From the NCBI GenBank assembly GCA_964016885.1, contig OZ024760.1, forward strand, positions 23,684,001 through 23,748,000: a DNA stretch of 64,000 nt, read 5' to 3'. This document shows positions 30,811 to 46,976 of the stretch, piece by piece. Every line of letters starts with the position of its first letter. The first letter of the stretch is position 1. The notes under the pieces are model-generated. The model ran no database searches and had not been told where the DNA came from. It worked only from the letters and a program-made list of their open reading frames with translations. Position numbers and translations under genes: made by a program. Origin of the DNA: Eledone cirrhosa. Taxonomy: Eukaryota.

Positions 30811-31135
30811 AAGAAACCATGATAATACAATAACACAAAGAGACTGAGGCATGAGAAGTTATACTAAAGCAATCATAAGCACTTAAATATAATTAAGAAA
30901 ATATTTATGTAGGTATATTTAGGTGTGTGTGTACATGTGCGTATATTTTTTTCCGTTATAAGATGTTATTTTAACTCAGCCTCATTTTCATTTTTAATAG
31001 ATATTAATTTCAAATCTTATATGCAAAATATAACTATATCATCGATTCAACGACTTGGACCTTTCTGTATGGATCGTCTAGTTTCCTGAAACCTTTGGTA
31101 ATGGAGTAATTATATCGTGTTGTTTATTATGCAAT

Positions 31136-31171
<36 letters not shown>

Positions 31172-31357
31172 TTATACATACACACATATATATATATATC
31201 ATAAAACCGTATGTCTTCTTTATAATATTGACACTCCGGCTGATACGTTCTTCATAATACTTTAAGTAACAAAAGTCGTAGAGGGATTTACATCTGTTTA
31301 CAACTAAAGTCGGTGGATTATTTAATCAGCCAATTTTCTTCTCTTGAATGATACACG

Positions 31358-31388
<31 letters not shown>

Positions 31389-31488
31389 ATAGTAACACAT
31401 ATATAGTAATAATAATAAATTTGAAGATCTCGTTAAGGATGGAAGCAGCGATTTTTTTTCCTTACTTAAACTTTAATCTGTTATTTTA

Positions 31489-31532
<44 letters not shown>

Positions 31533-31586
31533 TTATTAAAATAACAGATTAAAGTTTAAGCAAGGAAAAAATATCGCTGCTTCCAT

Positions 31587-31629
<43 letters not shown>

Positions 31630-31724
31630 AACATATACGATCGTGCCTTGAGCTGGTCGCCGGAGAAACAACTGTAATATGTCCAACAAATTCCTTTCGT
31701 CGCAACACTGATTCTCTTTTTTCT

Positions 31725-31768
<44 letters not shown>

Positions 31769-31963
31769 TTTGCAAACACTATGCACATTTCAGTGGACAG
31801 TTTCCGTAAGAATATGAAGGCATCAGCGGGTTTAAATTGCGTAATAGACGTATACCGACGGAATAATGGTAAATTTTAAGGAAACCAGCACCCAAAAAGA
31901 AAATAGAGAGGAAAAAAGTGTGTTTATGTTTTTCCCTCAGAGACAGACGTAGTAGTATGCTGT

Positions 31964-32018
<55 letters not shown>

Positions 32019-32261
32019 TTACCCAGGGAGTGTAACGTAAAGTTACTGTTGGTTCACACAGGTGAGGACTCAATGTTTAGGTTCAAGTCACTAGCGAAGT
32101 GTAGGGCTAGACTGAGTATAATATAGTAATTCACCAGTTCTATACAGATCGAACCTTGAGCTGATCAATAGCGAAACACGCGTTGCCAATCAACAAGTAA
32201 TGAAGGTTTAACCAATGGTCGTTGTATTTTTATTAGTGTTATTATATATATATATATATAC

Positions 32262-32535
32262 AATCCGGGAGCTTCCAACAGCAATGGTTGCATTATTTAA
32301 GGGTATGTCAATATTTATTTATAAAACTTATCTATATTATATTTTACCTGATGAAAGCACACCATAATTTAACTTGGTGTCCTTGAAATATGTATAATCA
32401 AATAAATATGGTTTTATAAATATAGTTTCCATTTGTTAATATCGTATTTTTACTCAAAAATATTTGTTGAGTGCTTTATATCAGTTATAAAAATATTTGC
32501 TTGTTGTATCCCAACAATTTAAATAGAACTTTTAC
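32262..32535 (+). mobile_element. Family-D PLE-type repeat with tail; hammerhead core 32340-32404
   Basis: CTGATGA at 32348, GAAA-TATGTA-TA at 32385; stem I weakened. Confidence 0.75.
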
Positions 32536-33597
32536 ACACACACATATATATATATATATATGTACGTATGTATGCATATATATATATATTTATGTGTATG
32601 TGTGTGTGTGTGTGTATGTATATATATATATGTATGTGTGTCTGTATATATATATATATGGCCTCAGCCGGATAGCTGGTACAGGTAAATAAGTAAAAGA
32701 GTATATATATATATGGGAAAGACCGTGGGTGGCTGAGAAAGAGAGAGAGAGAGTTAAATATAGATATAAGCGGATCTAAATATTTAATCAAAGTAACAAC
32801 TTCAGCAGTAGCAAACATCACAAGGAATTAAACAATCCAAAGTTTGAAATTCAACGAAAGTATTGTTATGTTGGAAACGCACAAAATAGCTGACAGGCAG
32901 TCGTACAATGCAGAGATATTTCTGCTTCTAAAGCATAGCGATGGAATCCGTACAAATGGTTTAAAGAATATCACAGAAGAATGCCAAATTTCTTGTGGAG
33001 AATTCGAAAGAAATAATCAAATTTAAAATATGTAGCAAAACAAAATATTTAAAAAAAATGAATTCTTGAAGGAAATACTGTTGATGATATAGATATAAAC
33101 AAAACCAAGACACAAAAATGGTTATTGATGCAGTTGAAATGCTTTGGGATATATAGCAAAGAGACTATTTCGAATCAATGGCTAATATGATATTATCTAA
33201 CTGACAAACAAATGAAACACTAACAAGAAATATCCACAAGGGACCACGCAAAGATCACTACAGCCTATAGGAGAAAAAGTATACTACATTATCAATAAAT
33301 GAATAGAAAATGAAAAGAATATAAACGTGAACGGACGGAATGAGTGAATGAATGAATGAATAAATGAATGAATGAATGAATGAATGAATGAATGAATAAA
33401 AAACTAAATACCAAGATAAATAAAAAAATAAAAAATAAAATTTCCAATAAAAGTAAAACAATAGAGAATGGCAAACGTAGAAGCAAATATTTAAAATCGA
33501 TTTAAAATAAAATGAGATCTATATCGTTCTTGATGGTACTAAGGCCCGAAGCATCCAACCTCATGCATTGTGTAACTCTTTATAAATCTTCTTAGGA

Positions 33598-33790
33598 ATA
33601 ATGGTTTCTGATTTTGGCATAAGGCCATCAATTTTGTGGAGAAGAGAAAGTTGATTAAATCGATCACAGTGCATAACTTTTACTTTATTTTATCGAACCC
33701 TTCAGGATAAGAGGCAAAGTTAACCACGGTCGGAGTTGAACTTAGAACGAAAATGGACGTAACTATGTACCGCAATTCATATAGGAGCAC
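33598..33790 (-). mobile_element. Diverged SINE copy (long variant)
   Basis: Matches SINE consensus with many substitutions. Confidence 0.7.
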
Positions 33791-34579
33791 TGCTAATATA
33801 CCTCCGTAAATTGTTCCGTAATACTGTGAAATAATTCCTTGAAAAATATGATTATCTGAAGCTGGTATTGATCAATACTGTAATTCTTTAAATGTATTAA
33901 AGACCACCCGATCACCAAATAAGGAAATCTTTTCTAATGAATGATTATCGTGTATGAGCAATGTTATAATGATCCCACCATTGGAAATGTACTGCTACTG
34001 CTGTCATGCGCAGACTTCCTATATCATATCCAGAAACACCCATTGACCTGTCTCAATTGAGGACAGAAACGCTCTATCCTCTCACCAACATACATTCTGC
34101 ATCTTCTCTCTCTTAAATCTCCTCGGAATCTGACATCACTTGTTGACCTCTACTCAGGAATCCGCATCTCACTATTCTCTTTTCCTCTCGTTACTCATAC
34201 GCAGAAAATCCATGTGCAGTATGCATATTGATATTATAGGCAAATATATATACATTTAGATATGATACTTCAAATAAAATCGTAATTGACTATATTCACA
34301 GAAATTGAAGAGAAACTCTGTTACACTGTCTTATGTAATCAGTAGAGTAATCCATGATACATTAAAAAACGGCGGTATTATATATAAACTGCATTAGCAG
34401 AAAATTAGAGACGGAAATGGAAACGTTATATAACGATGCAAATATATGAACGTGTATATCAGCGATGTAATAACGGACATACGTGTTGACATTTGAACAT
34501 TTTAACGAAGTGAATCTTGAAATAAGCAATAAAATTATTCATATTTAATCAAGTGTTACGAAATGTTGAACATAAATTA

Positions 34580-34972
34580 TTGGCAGTATCGGTAGCGGAT
34601 CGGACGCCATGCTTTCCAGCATAGTTACGTCCCTTTACGATCTAAGTTCAAATCCCGCCGAGGTTGACTTTACCTTTCATCCTTATGGGGTCGATAAAAT
34701 AAAGTACCAGTAATGCACTGGGTAATTGCTGGCCTTGTGCCTAAAGTAGAAACAATTATTTATTCTATTTAAGGGTGGTGGATTGGCAGTATTGGTAGAG
34801 GGTCGGACGCCATGCTTTCCAGCATAGTTACGTCCCTTTATTATCTGAGTTCAAATCCCGCCGAGGTTGACTTTGCCTTTCATCCTCACGGGGTCGATAA
34901 AATAAAGTACCAGTAATGCACTGGGTAATTGCTGGCCTTGTGCCTAAAGTAGAAACAATTATTTATTCTATT
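34580..34972 (+). mobile_element. Two tandem SINE copies
   Basis: Both end AGAAACAATTATTTATTCTATTTAA. Confidence 0.92.
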
Positions 34973-35418
34973 TAATCCAACTTATTTTACAAATAGGATA
35001 ATAAAATATATTCAGGACGCAGTCCCACAATTCTCCCTTCCTTATATTATGATTGGGTCTAGGCCCAGTGTTAATCAATAGGTATATATATAAAATTTTC
35101 CTCTGAAGAGCGTCATCCCTTTAGAATTCTCTTCTTGGACATGTTATTCACACAGGTATTGAACTCCGACAATATAAACTGAACACCACCATCAATCACA
35201 TCGATATACGAATGACTGCAACAATGATGTCAACAATTATATCCTCCTGACATAACAAAAAAATATACTTACTTAATTATTTAATCAGACAATAAATATA
35301 TCTTGAACTTTAGATAGACAGTCGTACAGATCAATGCCACAATCAATGTACAATCAATTTTTCTTGTAAGACATTTACAGTTTTAAAATCAAGAAAATCA
35401 TAAACACATCTATTTCAA

Positions 35419-35598
35419 ATAATTGTTTCTACTTTAGGCACAAGGCCAGCAATTACCAGTGCATTACTGGTACTTTATTTTATCGACCCCGTAAGGATGA
35501 AAGGCAAAGTCAACCTCGGCGGGATTTGAACTCAGATGGTAAAGGGACGTAACTATGCTGGAAAGCATGGCGTCCGACCCTCTACCGATACTGCCAAA
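35419..35598 (-). mobile_element. SINE copy inverted relative to 34580-34972
   Basis: Near-identical reverse complement. Confidence 0.92.
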
Positions 35599-36531
35599 TA
35601 ATAACAACACAACAGCTATTTAGAAACGGAAAATGATGGGCAGACAAGGACTCCAGAGTCACAGGAGAATGGGAGAGAAAGAGGGAGGATGATGGGCTCG
35701 GTGGTTTTGCTGTTGTGCCCCTCGCACGAAAAAATATTAACACTGGTCATGAATGTTGCGAAATATATATAAAAGTCCTCCAAATAACTGGAAATGAGAC
35801 AGTTGTTTAGAAATTAAAGAGGATGTTATAAAAGAATATGTTCTAAAAAAAACCTTACACTTGTCATTCGTGAAAAGATCGTAGGGTTTTTCTTAACGGA
35901 TTTCCGCCTGTAAGGCTTCAACTTCGAGATTACGAAAAGACCATCTTCTAATATTCCCCCTAGGCACTTTTCGTATCAGTATGTACTAGTTGTTCTCTCA
36001 TTTCTTGCTAATATCACATCATCTCAAACGAAGTTGTGTAGTTATGTATTCATAAATCTATCTCTTTTAACGTTATATATCATATACAATGCTTTAAGCA
36101 AACTACATGTTATTATATGTATATATATGTGTGTGTGTGTGTGTAAGTGTATGTGTGTGTGTATACATATATAATAAAATGTTACAGTTTCCTTGATGCA
36201 TTGTATATAAAATATAAGGTTGAAAGAGATAGAAGGCTAAACAATGCAAAATGGAATTTAAGATAAGGTAATGAAAATTAAGCTACCTGGTAATATATGG
36301 TGTTTTTCTTTTTTTTCCTGTCCATTTCAAATTTTATTCAAATTCTTATAAGTCGTACGAATTATATTATGTACTATGATTCTGTAGAGTTTTCTACAAA
36401 GGTAATAAATCCTCCATCCTTTTGTAGAAGAAATGAAACATATGTAAATAATTTATGTAAATAACTAATGTATTAATCTATTAAACCTTGGTGATCATTT
36501 CATTTCATTCATATATATATGTTTAAAAACA

Positions 36532-36718
36532 ACGGCAGAGCTGAAGCTGTTTCGACAGCTATTTCTGGACTATTTAGTTCAGAAATAGCCGTCGAAACGG
36601 CTTCAGCTCTGCCGTCGGGGTCATACTTTTTCCTATTACCCACTCTACTACCCTAACTATTGAGTAATCTGTTGCGTTATGGTCCAACTGGTTCCTTACC
36701 CCACTTCCTTCGTTATAT
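36532..36718. mobile_element. Family-B PLE-type insertion: ~42-bp inverted arms plus ~100-bp tail (relatives at 40358-40476, 47955-48015, 48815-48942, 54945-54998)
   Basis: ACGGCAGAGCTGAAGCTGTTTCGAC... / ...GTCGAAACGGCTTCAGCTCTGCCGT; shared TTCCTATTACCCACTCTACTACCCTA tail. Confidence 0.7.
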
Positions 36719-36871
36719 ATCATTGTACATATAAATATCTATATCTATATAAGTATATATATATACATATATAAATATATATATATAGAGAGAGAGAGTA
36801 ATAATAATAAATTTGAAGACTAAAATCCCCAAAGGACCGATTCTTTGCTTAAACTTTAATCTGTTGTTTTA

Positions 36872-36959
<88 letters not shown>

Positions 36960-36963
<4 letters not shown>

Positions 36964-37346
36964 TGGCTGCCAACTCGTTTTCGAGTACGGCCACTACTTT
37001 ATATCCATGTAGGAGAACCCCTACCGATGCGCTGAACGAATGTGACTTTTTAGTCCAGCCAGCGACTTGAAAACTTTGGTACAAACACTACACATGTGAC
37101 AATTATTGACACATAGTGCTGTGCCCATGGTACCATGTGACGACAAGTGCAGAGAGATCTCCAGATATAAAGCAATGCCTGTGCCGTGAAGTTTTTATAG
37201 TGAGCAAAGGCACTGCACAAAGCCAGTCCCACTCTCTTAACCAAGATGATATTTACCAAAAAGAAGAACAAGTCAACATCATTGGATATCATCAGGGTTG
37301 CAGGTGTTATATCAGAGTTTTCCTTCTCCTAGAATTCTGCCTTGAC
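36960..37346. mobile_element. Dispersed ~390-bp repeat, copy 2
   Basis: Near-identical to 9040-9426. Confidence 0.85.
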
Positions 37347-37566
37347 ATATATATACATGTATACCTTTATAAATATTAATATTAGTATCATACAATTATC
37401 AAGAGACAACATTTGTATCTTGAAGTGCATGAGAAATTATTTCCACTGATTTGATTTAGCCGTGATAAAGTTAGAAAACGTTCATATTGCACTTTAAAGG
37501 CATATGCTAAACTAGGTATTGATATATACAGTAGATATTTCATAAACTACAGATTACATATGTATG

Positions 37567-37605
<39 letters not shown>

Positions 37606-37634
37606 ATGTATACAAATTATGTATATGTATTTAT

Positions 37635-37711
<77 letters not shown>

Positions 37712-37751
37712 GTATATATATATATATGTATAAATATATACATAGATATAA

Positions 37752-37799
<48 letters not shown>

Positions 37800-37828
37800 A
37801 AATATATAGATATATATAATATATATAA

Positions 37829-37896
<68 letters not shown>

Positions 37897-38069
37897 TTCA
37901 AGAGTAACCAATCTGAAAGAGTGCGATGGAGATAGGAGAGGAGAGATTGGTGAATTAGTTAGAAGCCAAAGCGTAAATGAATGTGCTCAATGTGCAATAT
38001 GCAGTAGAAAGCACCTAGATTGCTCTGTTCATGCAGGGTTAGGCGCGCAGTACTGGAAATATTCATTAG

Positions 38070-38674
38070 GTAAGCAAAAGAAGACCACAAATTTCACAAG
38101 GAAGACATTATTAAAGGATTGTCAACATATTTTAGTTTGATGTAAAGAATGTAGAGAATAATAATAATAATATTAATAATAATAATGTCCATTTACAAAT
38201 GTTTCGCTACTCCATATAATATTTCTGGATCAAATGACTATATATCATTATTGATCTGTTTCAGTTGAAAATAATTAACATATTTAAAAACAGAGCGGCT
38301 CATCGGAACTTCAAAGGAATATAAATTAAGATAAGTAGATAACGTTACATAATGGAATGTTGAATATATTGGTATTTCACTATGGTGTCCTGGATGTATC
38401 AATTGTCAGCCATAATCAAGCAGTATTCATATGTCAAGGCTACATTGTGTGAGATCTGCCTATAGGTAACAAGATGGCTGCCAATGGACATATTTACCTT
38501 ACTGATTAGAGGGTGGTTTCAGGGGAAGTAACTCCTCGACAGATTAGAAATTGTGGGTATTATTATTAATATTTTTTTTATTATTCTCTACATTCCTTAC
38601 ATCAAAATAAAATATGTTGACAATCTTTTAATAATGTCTTCCTTGTAAAATTTGTGGTCTTGTTTTGCTTAAGT
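38070..38674. repeat. Element with ~110-bp diverged terminal inverted repeats (PLE-like remnant)
   Basis: 38072-38182 is reverse-complementary to 38560-38670; minus-strand GAAAC-ATTT-GTA half-hammerhead at ~38190-38205. Confidence 0.6.
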
Positions 38675-38876
38675 AATGAATATATATATATATATATACA
38701 AATTATGTATATGTATTTATTATGTGTATATATATATATATATATGCATATAAATTATGTATATGTATTTATTATGTATATATGTATATATATGTGTAAG
38801 TATACAAATTATGTATATGCATTTATATTTATGTATAGAATAAATACATACATATATATATATACGTGTTCCTGTC

Positions 38877-38950
<74 letters not shown>

Positions 38951-38984
38951 CGTAAATACATACATATATATATACGTGTGTCTG

Positions 38985-39047
<63 letters not shown>

Positions 39048-39440
39048 GTGTACTTATAGCATATATAAGTTATATTTATATAGTCACAGGTGTGTTGGTA
39101 TGTCTGTGAGTTAGTGTAAGCTTACATGCAAGTGTTTATATGTTTATACGTGCAAGTGTTTAGGGGGAAATTATACCAGCACGGAAGCTGAAAAAAATAA
39201 GTATAAAAATATCAAACAACAACAACAACAGCAGCAACAACAATAACAACACCATCAATAACAACAACAACAACAACAACAATATTAAAAACAACCACGC
39301 AACATTAAGCCTTAAATAAATATAATTATAATGATGAAAAAATGGTTGTGATTATTATTATTATTAGTATTTTTATTATTTTGAACATCATCATCATCAT
39401 CAGCATCATCATCGTCGTCATCATTATCAACACTGTCATT

Positions 39441-39477
<37 letters not shown>

Positions 39478-39802
39478 CGATCTTCATCACCAACATCGTC
39501 ATCATCACCATCATCATCATCATCATCATCATCATCATTATCATCCCTATGATTGTATTGTCATTATCATTCTCTTAATTGTTATTTACTCTTGCTATGA
39601 TCAATGCTGTTGGTGTTGTTGTTGTTAATACTTACCTAGGAAAAATAGATTCTTAATTTGCCATAGGGACTTCGAAGGAAATTAAATGAAACGTACATTT
39701 TCATTCCTAATCTATTTATTTCCTTTTTTACGCCATGTTTTATTAAACTGATATAAAAAGAATAGGATATATATATAATATATATATATGAATATATTTA
39801 TA

Positions 39803-39873
<71 letters not shown>

Positions 39874-39987
39874 TTATATATATATATAAATAAATATATA
39901 TATATATATATATATCATTACATATATATATAAATAAATATATATATGTATATATATATATCATTACATATATATATAAATAAATAA

Positions 39988-40024
<37 letters not shown>

Positions 40025-40126
40025 AATATATACATATGAATATATGTATGTATATGTATATGTATATGAATATATATATATATATATATATACATATGAA
40101 TATATGTATGTATATGTATATGTATA

Positions 40127-40213
<87 letters not shown>

Positions 40214-41892
40214 ATAACTCCGTAATAGCACCACCAACTACAAAAACAAAGACGGTTGAACTGTTTTACGTTGAGTACTCTCTATATTATTGCATTACGA
40301 TTGACCATACGGAATGGACCAGCTCTATACAGTGGTGAACCTCAAACCTGAATATATATATAACGAAGGAAATGTGGTAAGGAACACTATGGACCATAAC
40401 GCACCAAAGTACTCAATACTTAGGGTAGTAGAGTGGGTAATAGGAACGAGTAGGACCCCGACGGCTGAGCTCAAGCTAAAATAATTTAATTTAATGCATG
40501 AAACATCCAATACGGAACCATCGTTAATTATGTGAAGGATGTATAAACTATATATTACGTTTCTTGAATGTGAAAATGGATGTGGATACAAAAACCATAA
40601 CTTTCTTTTGCTTCTCCTTTATACTATTTTTCTGCACCCATACTTCTGTATCATATACAAACAATACCTTACCACTACAACCTCCATAATACTCTTACTT
40701 ACTCGCTTTAAGTGCTTCTATTACATGTAACACCCTGCCGCACAATAATCATATATAAATGAGTCATACGGGCATGCCCCACGTGTAACTAACGCATAAA
40801 ATAACTAAAATAACTACTACATCTGACTAACACTCTATACTCATGCATTATCTATGTTAACTGCCGATTGTATTTTAATTTTGCTTTGATTTTGTTTTAA
40901 TGTGATTTTGATTTTGAATTTGAATTGCTATACAGAAATATAATATAATATATGTCACTCCAATGTACATCAATATATACATATGTATCTGTATGTCTCT
41001 TGCGTTGGAAAAGAGGCCAATCATGTGTACAAACATTGAAAAATGCTCCGAAGACTCCAAACCTAGGTTTGGATGAAACAATTGTAAGTGAATAAATGCT
41101 TTGAACATAGCTTTGATTCTTGTGAATTCTATATAACTGCTCTGTAGAACAACTGATGTTATTACATTGAGCTATTTATCTTACTTGTAATAAAGTAGTC
41201 ATAAATGACTGACCTCCACTGTTTAGGGTTTAAAATATATATAACTATAAAAGTTTTAGTATATACATAACCATAAATAGTATCCTTAATAATATATATA
41301 TACAGATGTGTTGGTATCTGTGTTTCATCACATACATATTAGTTTATATATATATATATATATATACAATTTATACATGTATATTGAGATTATATATACA
41401 TTTAGAGTACTTATTGTTGAATAATAGACAGCAAGACTACCAGTAGTAGCAGTAGCTCTATTAGTAGTAATAGTAGTTTTAAAAAAAGTAGTAGTAGTAG
41501 CATCAGAAGTAGTATTATTCATGTTGCTATCCCATCATTCATCCACGTACAAACACCTGTTTATATTACATTAATGATAACCACTTTTATATAAGAATTG
41601 TAGAAATAACTTTTCACCACATTTTATGAACAACATTTTTTCACCTTATATTTTTCTAACTCTACAACTTACAGTGTTTGACATACATAATATTTTTACG
41701 CAAATTCTTTTTAAAACATATTTTATTTATCTATTCCTTCATTTATATATTTATTTATTTATTTACTTATTTATTAACTTCTATTTATTTATTTATTTAT
41801 TTATTTATTTATCTATTTATTTATTTATTTATTTATTTATCTATTTATTTAGTTATTTATTTATTTATTTACTTATTTATTTATTTATCTAT

Positions 41893-41923
<31 letters not shown>

Positions 41924-42058
41924 CTTATTTATTTATTTACTTATCATCGTTTCTTATATTTTCTTCTCTGGTGGATTCTAAATATTGAATGAAAAGGGAA
42001 GAATTCGAGAAAAAAAGGAATATAATATTATATATATATGTATATATATATATGTATA

Positions 42059-42131
<73 letters not shown>

Positions 42132-42411
42132 TTATTTATATATATATACTTGGTTATTTTTATAAATATATATATACTTGTCTGTTATTTTGATAAATAT
42201 ATATATATTTATGTATATAAATATATATATATATATATATATAACCCTATATTTAAATATTCAGATGGTGTGTGTATAGGTTTCACGCGCCTTATATATA
42301 TATATATATACCTATGCATGTATATATGTGTAGGTATGTACATATGTGTGTATATATGTATCTATGCATGTATGTAGGTGTTTGTTTATAAGTGACAGAC
42401 TTTTTTCTTCA

Positions 42412-42532
<121 letters not shown>

Positions 42533-42809
42533 AATGTGAAGACTTATATATATATATATATAGATATAAAGATATATGTATATAGTAATAATAGTAAATG
42601 CGAAGACTACATTATATATATATATACACAGACATTGTGTACAGTATGCAGCTATTTTCTAATAGCAGTGTATATATACATGATGTATTGGTTTTTATTT
42701 TATGTGGGGTGGGGGCAGGTGTTTACATTCTGTTCAGTTTTCTATAGACTTCTCAATTTTCAATATACATACATACCTATTGGCATATACATATGTTATG
42801 GTATATGTT

Positions 42810-43431
42810 AATAATGGTGATGAGGATGACGATGGTGATGATTATGATGCTAGCTATGTTAATAATGATATTGATGATGTTGGTGATGATGGCGATGATG
42901 GCGATGATGATGATGTTGATGATGGCGATGATGATGGCGATGTTAATCATGATATTGGTGATGTTGGTGATGATGGTGATGATGGTGATGATGATGATGA
43001 TGATGATGATGGCATTGATGTTCATGATGTTGTTGTTGATGATGATGATGATGATGATATCTTTGATGATGTTGATGACGTCTCTCGTGATGATGATGAT
43101 GATGATGATGATGATGGTGATGAGGAAGCTGGCGATGACGTCAATGATGATGGTAATGCTGATGGTTGATGGCGATGATTGTATTGATGGTGATGATGAT
43201 GATGATGGCGGTGATAGCGAAGATGATGATGATGCTGATGATGATAATGGGGATGATATCGCTGATAATGGTAATGCAGATGATGATGATGATGATGGTG
43301 GCGGTGATAGCGAAGATGATGATGATGATGATGATGATGATATATGTGATGCTGTTGATGACGTCTCTGCTGAAGATGACGATGGCAATCATATCGATGA
43401 TGGTGATGATGATGATGATGATGATGATATA

Positions 43432-43472
<41 letters not shown>

Positions 43473-43558
43473 CTATGATGATGATGATGATGATGATGAT
43501 GATATATTTGATGATGTTGATGATGATAATGATGATGATGATCGTGAGGAAGATGACA

Positions 43559-43593
<35 letters not shown>

Positions 43594-43920
43594 GGTGGTG
43601 GTGGTGGTGGTGGTGGTGGTGGTCGTGGTGGTGGTGGTGGTGGTGATGATGTTGATGATGATAATGATGATGATGATTGTGAGGAAGATGCCACTGATGA
43701 TGATGGTTATGATGATGATGATGATGATGGTGATGGTTATGATGATGATGATGATGATGATGATATAGTTGATGATGATGTTGATGATGATGATGATATA
43801 GTTGATGATGTTGATGATGATGATGATGATGGTGGTGATGACGGTGATGCTACCCCCGATGCTGCTGCTGCTGCTGCTGCTGTAGCTGCTGTAGGTGCTG
43901 GTGGTGCTGGTGTTGCTGTA
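42810..43920. repeat. (GAT)n/(GGT)n/(GCT)n trinucleotide array
   Basis: Direct reading; source of the 394-aa poly-M/D ORF. Confidence 0.93.
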
Positions 43921-44072
43921 TGGAATTGTATTAGCGAGACAACACTGTCATTAATAATGAGCTGTGAGCCAGTTTAACACGTCCTCCTCCTCTAACAGGT
44001 TTCTACTTCCCCAGACACTTGCAAATTACTCTTCAAATCGCTTGAAATATTAAAGAAAAATTCTGGCTCCAT

Positions 44073-44264
44073 ATAATTGTTTCTACTTTAGGCAGAAGGC
44101 CAGCAATTATCCCAGTGCATTACTGGTACTTTATTTTATCGACCCCCGGTAAGGATGAAGGGCAAAGTTAACCTCGACCGGATTTGAAATCAGATCATAA
44201 AGGAAGGTAACTCCATGCTTCAAAGCATGGCGCCCGACCCTCTACCAATACTGCCAATCCACCG
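44073..44264 (-). mobile_element. Full-length SINE
   Basis: Matches consensus. Confidence 0.9.
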
Positions 44265-44297
44265 TCCATATAACAGAAAGTAAGCCAAATACACACT

Positions 44298-44383
<86 letters not shown>

Positions 44384-45006
44384 CACATACATACACACAT
44401 ATATACATACACACACATACATACACACACACAAACATAAACACATACATACACACATAGACACACACATACATACATACACACACACACACATGCACAC
44501 ATACAGACACACATACAGACACACACATATATACATACATACATACATACACACATATATATACACACCCACATACATACAGACAAACACACACACACAT
44601 ACACACATACACACACACTCATACACATACACACGCAGGGATGCACACACACACACCACACTCATACACACACTCATACACATATACATGCAACATTACA
44701 CACATACACATAATCACATGCATGTCAAATCGCCAAAAAAGACACACACACACACACATACACACACACATACACACTCACACACACACACACATTCACA
44801 TAAAGGCTCACATGATCATGCAGATAATTTGCCAAAAAATACACATTCAGACACATTACTTTCACACGCACATATATATGAACACACACCTGACCACATA
44901 CCCACACGACCACACACACATAGACACTCATAGAGGTTTATACACATATACATAAATATTCATATAACCACACACACACAAAGGCCAACATATATATATA
45001 TATATA

Positions 45007-45791
45007 CTAGCAGCAGAACCCAGCGTTGTCTGGGTAGGTAAAATAATATCTGCTTTGATGAAAAGTTGTTGATCTTAACGACTGCTTCTCTATGACTCAT
45101 CTATGGCCACACACAGGCCAAGCGGGGGACGGTGGTGATGATCTCTATCACTGAGAAATGCAGGTGACTGAAGAAGGGGCATGCTGGGGGAGAGAGTTTC
45201 GAATTTGAACGAAATTGGTTGAAAAATGAGGGAACTAGAGCCGAAAAGGCGGATATTTGAGCGAAAATGTGGTATTTTCGAATATTTCAGCGGCTGCCAC
45301 GCCGTTCCCGAAAAAGAAATCCAAAATCTAAAGCTACTTTAACACGTGAAATAATCAGATCTAGCGTAGTGTAAAATTTGAACAAAGTAGGTTGATTAAT
45401 TTGGGAGCTAGAGCCGAAAAAGTATAAAAGTGGTATTTTAGAATATTTAAGCGGTTGCTACGCCATCCCTGAACAACAAATGCAAAATATAAAGCCATTA
45501 CAGGATGTGCAATGATAAATTCTATTTTGCTTTCACATTTGAACGAAATCGGTGGAAAAATTTGGGAGCTAGAGCCAAAAATCTTATTTTTCGATACATA
45601 AAAAAAGGTGGCCCCCTATCGATTTTTATCTGCAGAATGACCCCGGAATAAAAAGAATGATATATAGAAAATACTCCCCGATGAGAAATCTATGATCCTG
45701 TAAAGTTTCATGAAAATCGGTCGTATGATGTATGCCCCTATAGGTAATACACAGACACACACACACATACTTAATTTTATATATATACAGA
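45007..45791 (-). mobile_element. Non-autonomous Helitron
   Basis: Minus strand begins A|TC (ATCTGTATATATATAAAA) and ends with hairpin ACCCAG-ACAACG-CTGGGT then CTAG|T; three internal ~170-bp subrepeats. Confidence 0.85.
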
Positions 45792-45797
45792 TATATA

Positions 45798-46320
45798 TTA
45801 GTCTTAGTCTTAGATTCTTCCGCGCCGTTCGCCGCATCGAGTAGTAAGTACTCGCCAACGGTCACGATCAGCGGCAACCTTTTCGAGAGCGTGCCCGGTG
45901 ATGTTGGCTGCCATGAGTTCCTTACGGAACATTCGTCGCCAGGTGATCCTTGGGCAACCCCGCCTCTCCGTTTGCCGCCAGGCGGAGTCCAGTTCATCGT
46001 TCATGTTTTCGAATGCCGTTCATTTGGCAGACGCAGAATATGGCCAGCCAGACGGCACCGACGCTCCGTGACCACTCTCTGTAGCGTCCACGACTCGGCT
46101 CTCCGCAGGATCTCTTCGTTTCGCACTCGATCGCGCCAGGACACCCAAAGGATCTTTTCCAGGCACCGCTGGTGGAAAGCGTTCAGCCGTCTCTCTATTT
46201 TTGCCGTACTCTTCCAGATCTCGCTCGCATAAAGCACTGTCGGCAGCACGATGCGCTTGTACAGGCGGAGCTTGGTCTTGGTGCTAATAAAATAAGACGA
46301 CCAGACTGGGCACAACCGCT
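45798..46320 (-). mobile_element. 5'-truncated RTE-clade LINE (RT C-terminus, frameshifted)
   Basis: TKLRLYKRIVLPTVLYASEIW...LNAFHQRCLEKIL.VSWRDRVRNEEIL...RLAGHILR...RRGCPRITWRR; (CTAAGA)n tail. Confidence 0.95.
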
Positions 46321-46940
46321 GTAAAACTGCGGCTCTTTTGGTATTGGTTGATCTTTGCTAATCCGACAGTTGATATATATATATATATATATAAACACAC
46401 ACATGACCACACACTCACATGTAGAGACACGTTCATGGAGGTCCATGCACATACACAAACTGTTTAAATAACCACACGCACACAGGCACACATATATATA
46501 TATATTCACACATATATATATAAACACTCACATGACCACACACACATAGACACTCATGTATAGAGATTCATACTCATACACATACACGTTCACATGAACA
46601 CACACATGCATGCACACTGACATGAATGTGTATATGTATGTGTGTTTCTGTATCTGTGTGTAGGTATATGTGTGAGTGTATGTGTACTCACACACATAAA
46701 CTCTCACAGGAACACACATATACTGCCACACACACATAAAGATTCACATTCATATATATATATATACATGAGCACACACATACAGACACACACAGATAGA
46801 GATTCACACTCATATATATATATACATACATGAGCACGCATATACAGACACACACATATAGAGATTCACACTCATATATATATATATATATATACATACA
46901 TGAGCAGACACATACAGACACACAGAGATAGAGATTCACA

Positions 46941-46976
<36 letters not shown>

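Noticed and set aside
32760-34560. Possible decayed LINE ORF1/ORF2 sequence
   Set aside because: Many stops and no motif I can name with confidence
42793-43977. 394-aa poly-Met/Asp ORF
   Set aside because: (GAT)n repeat
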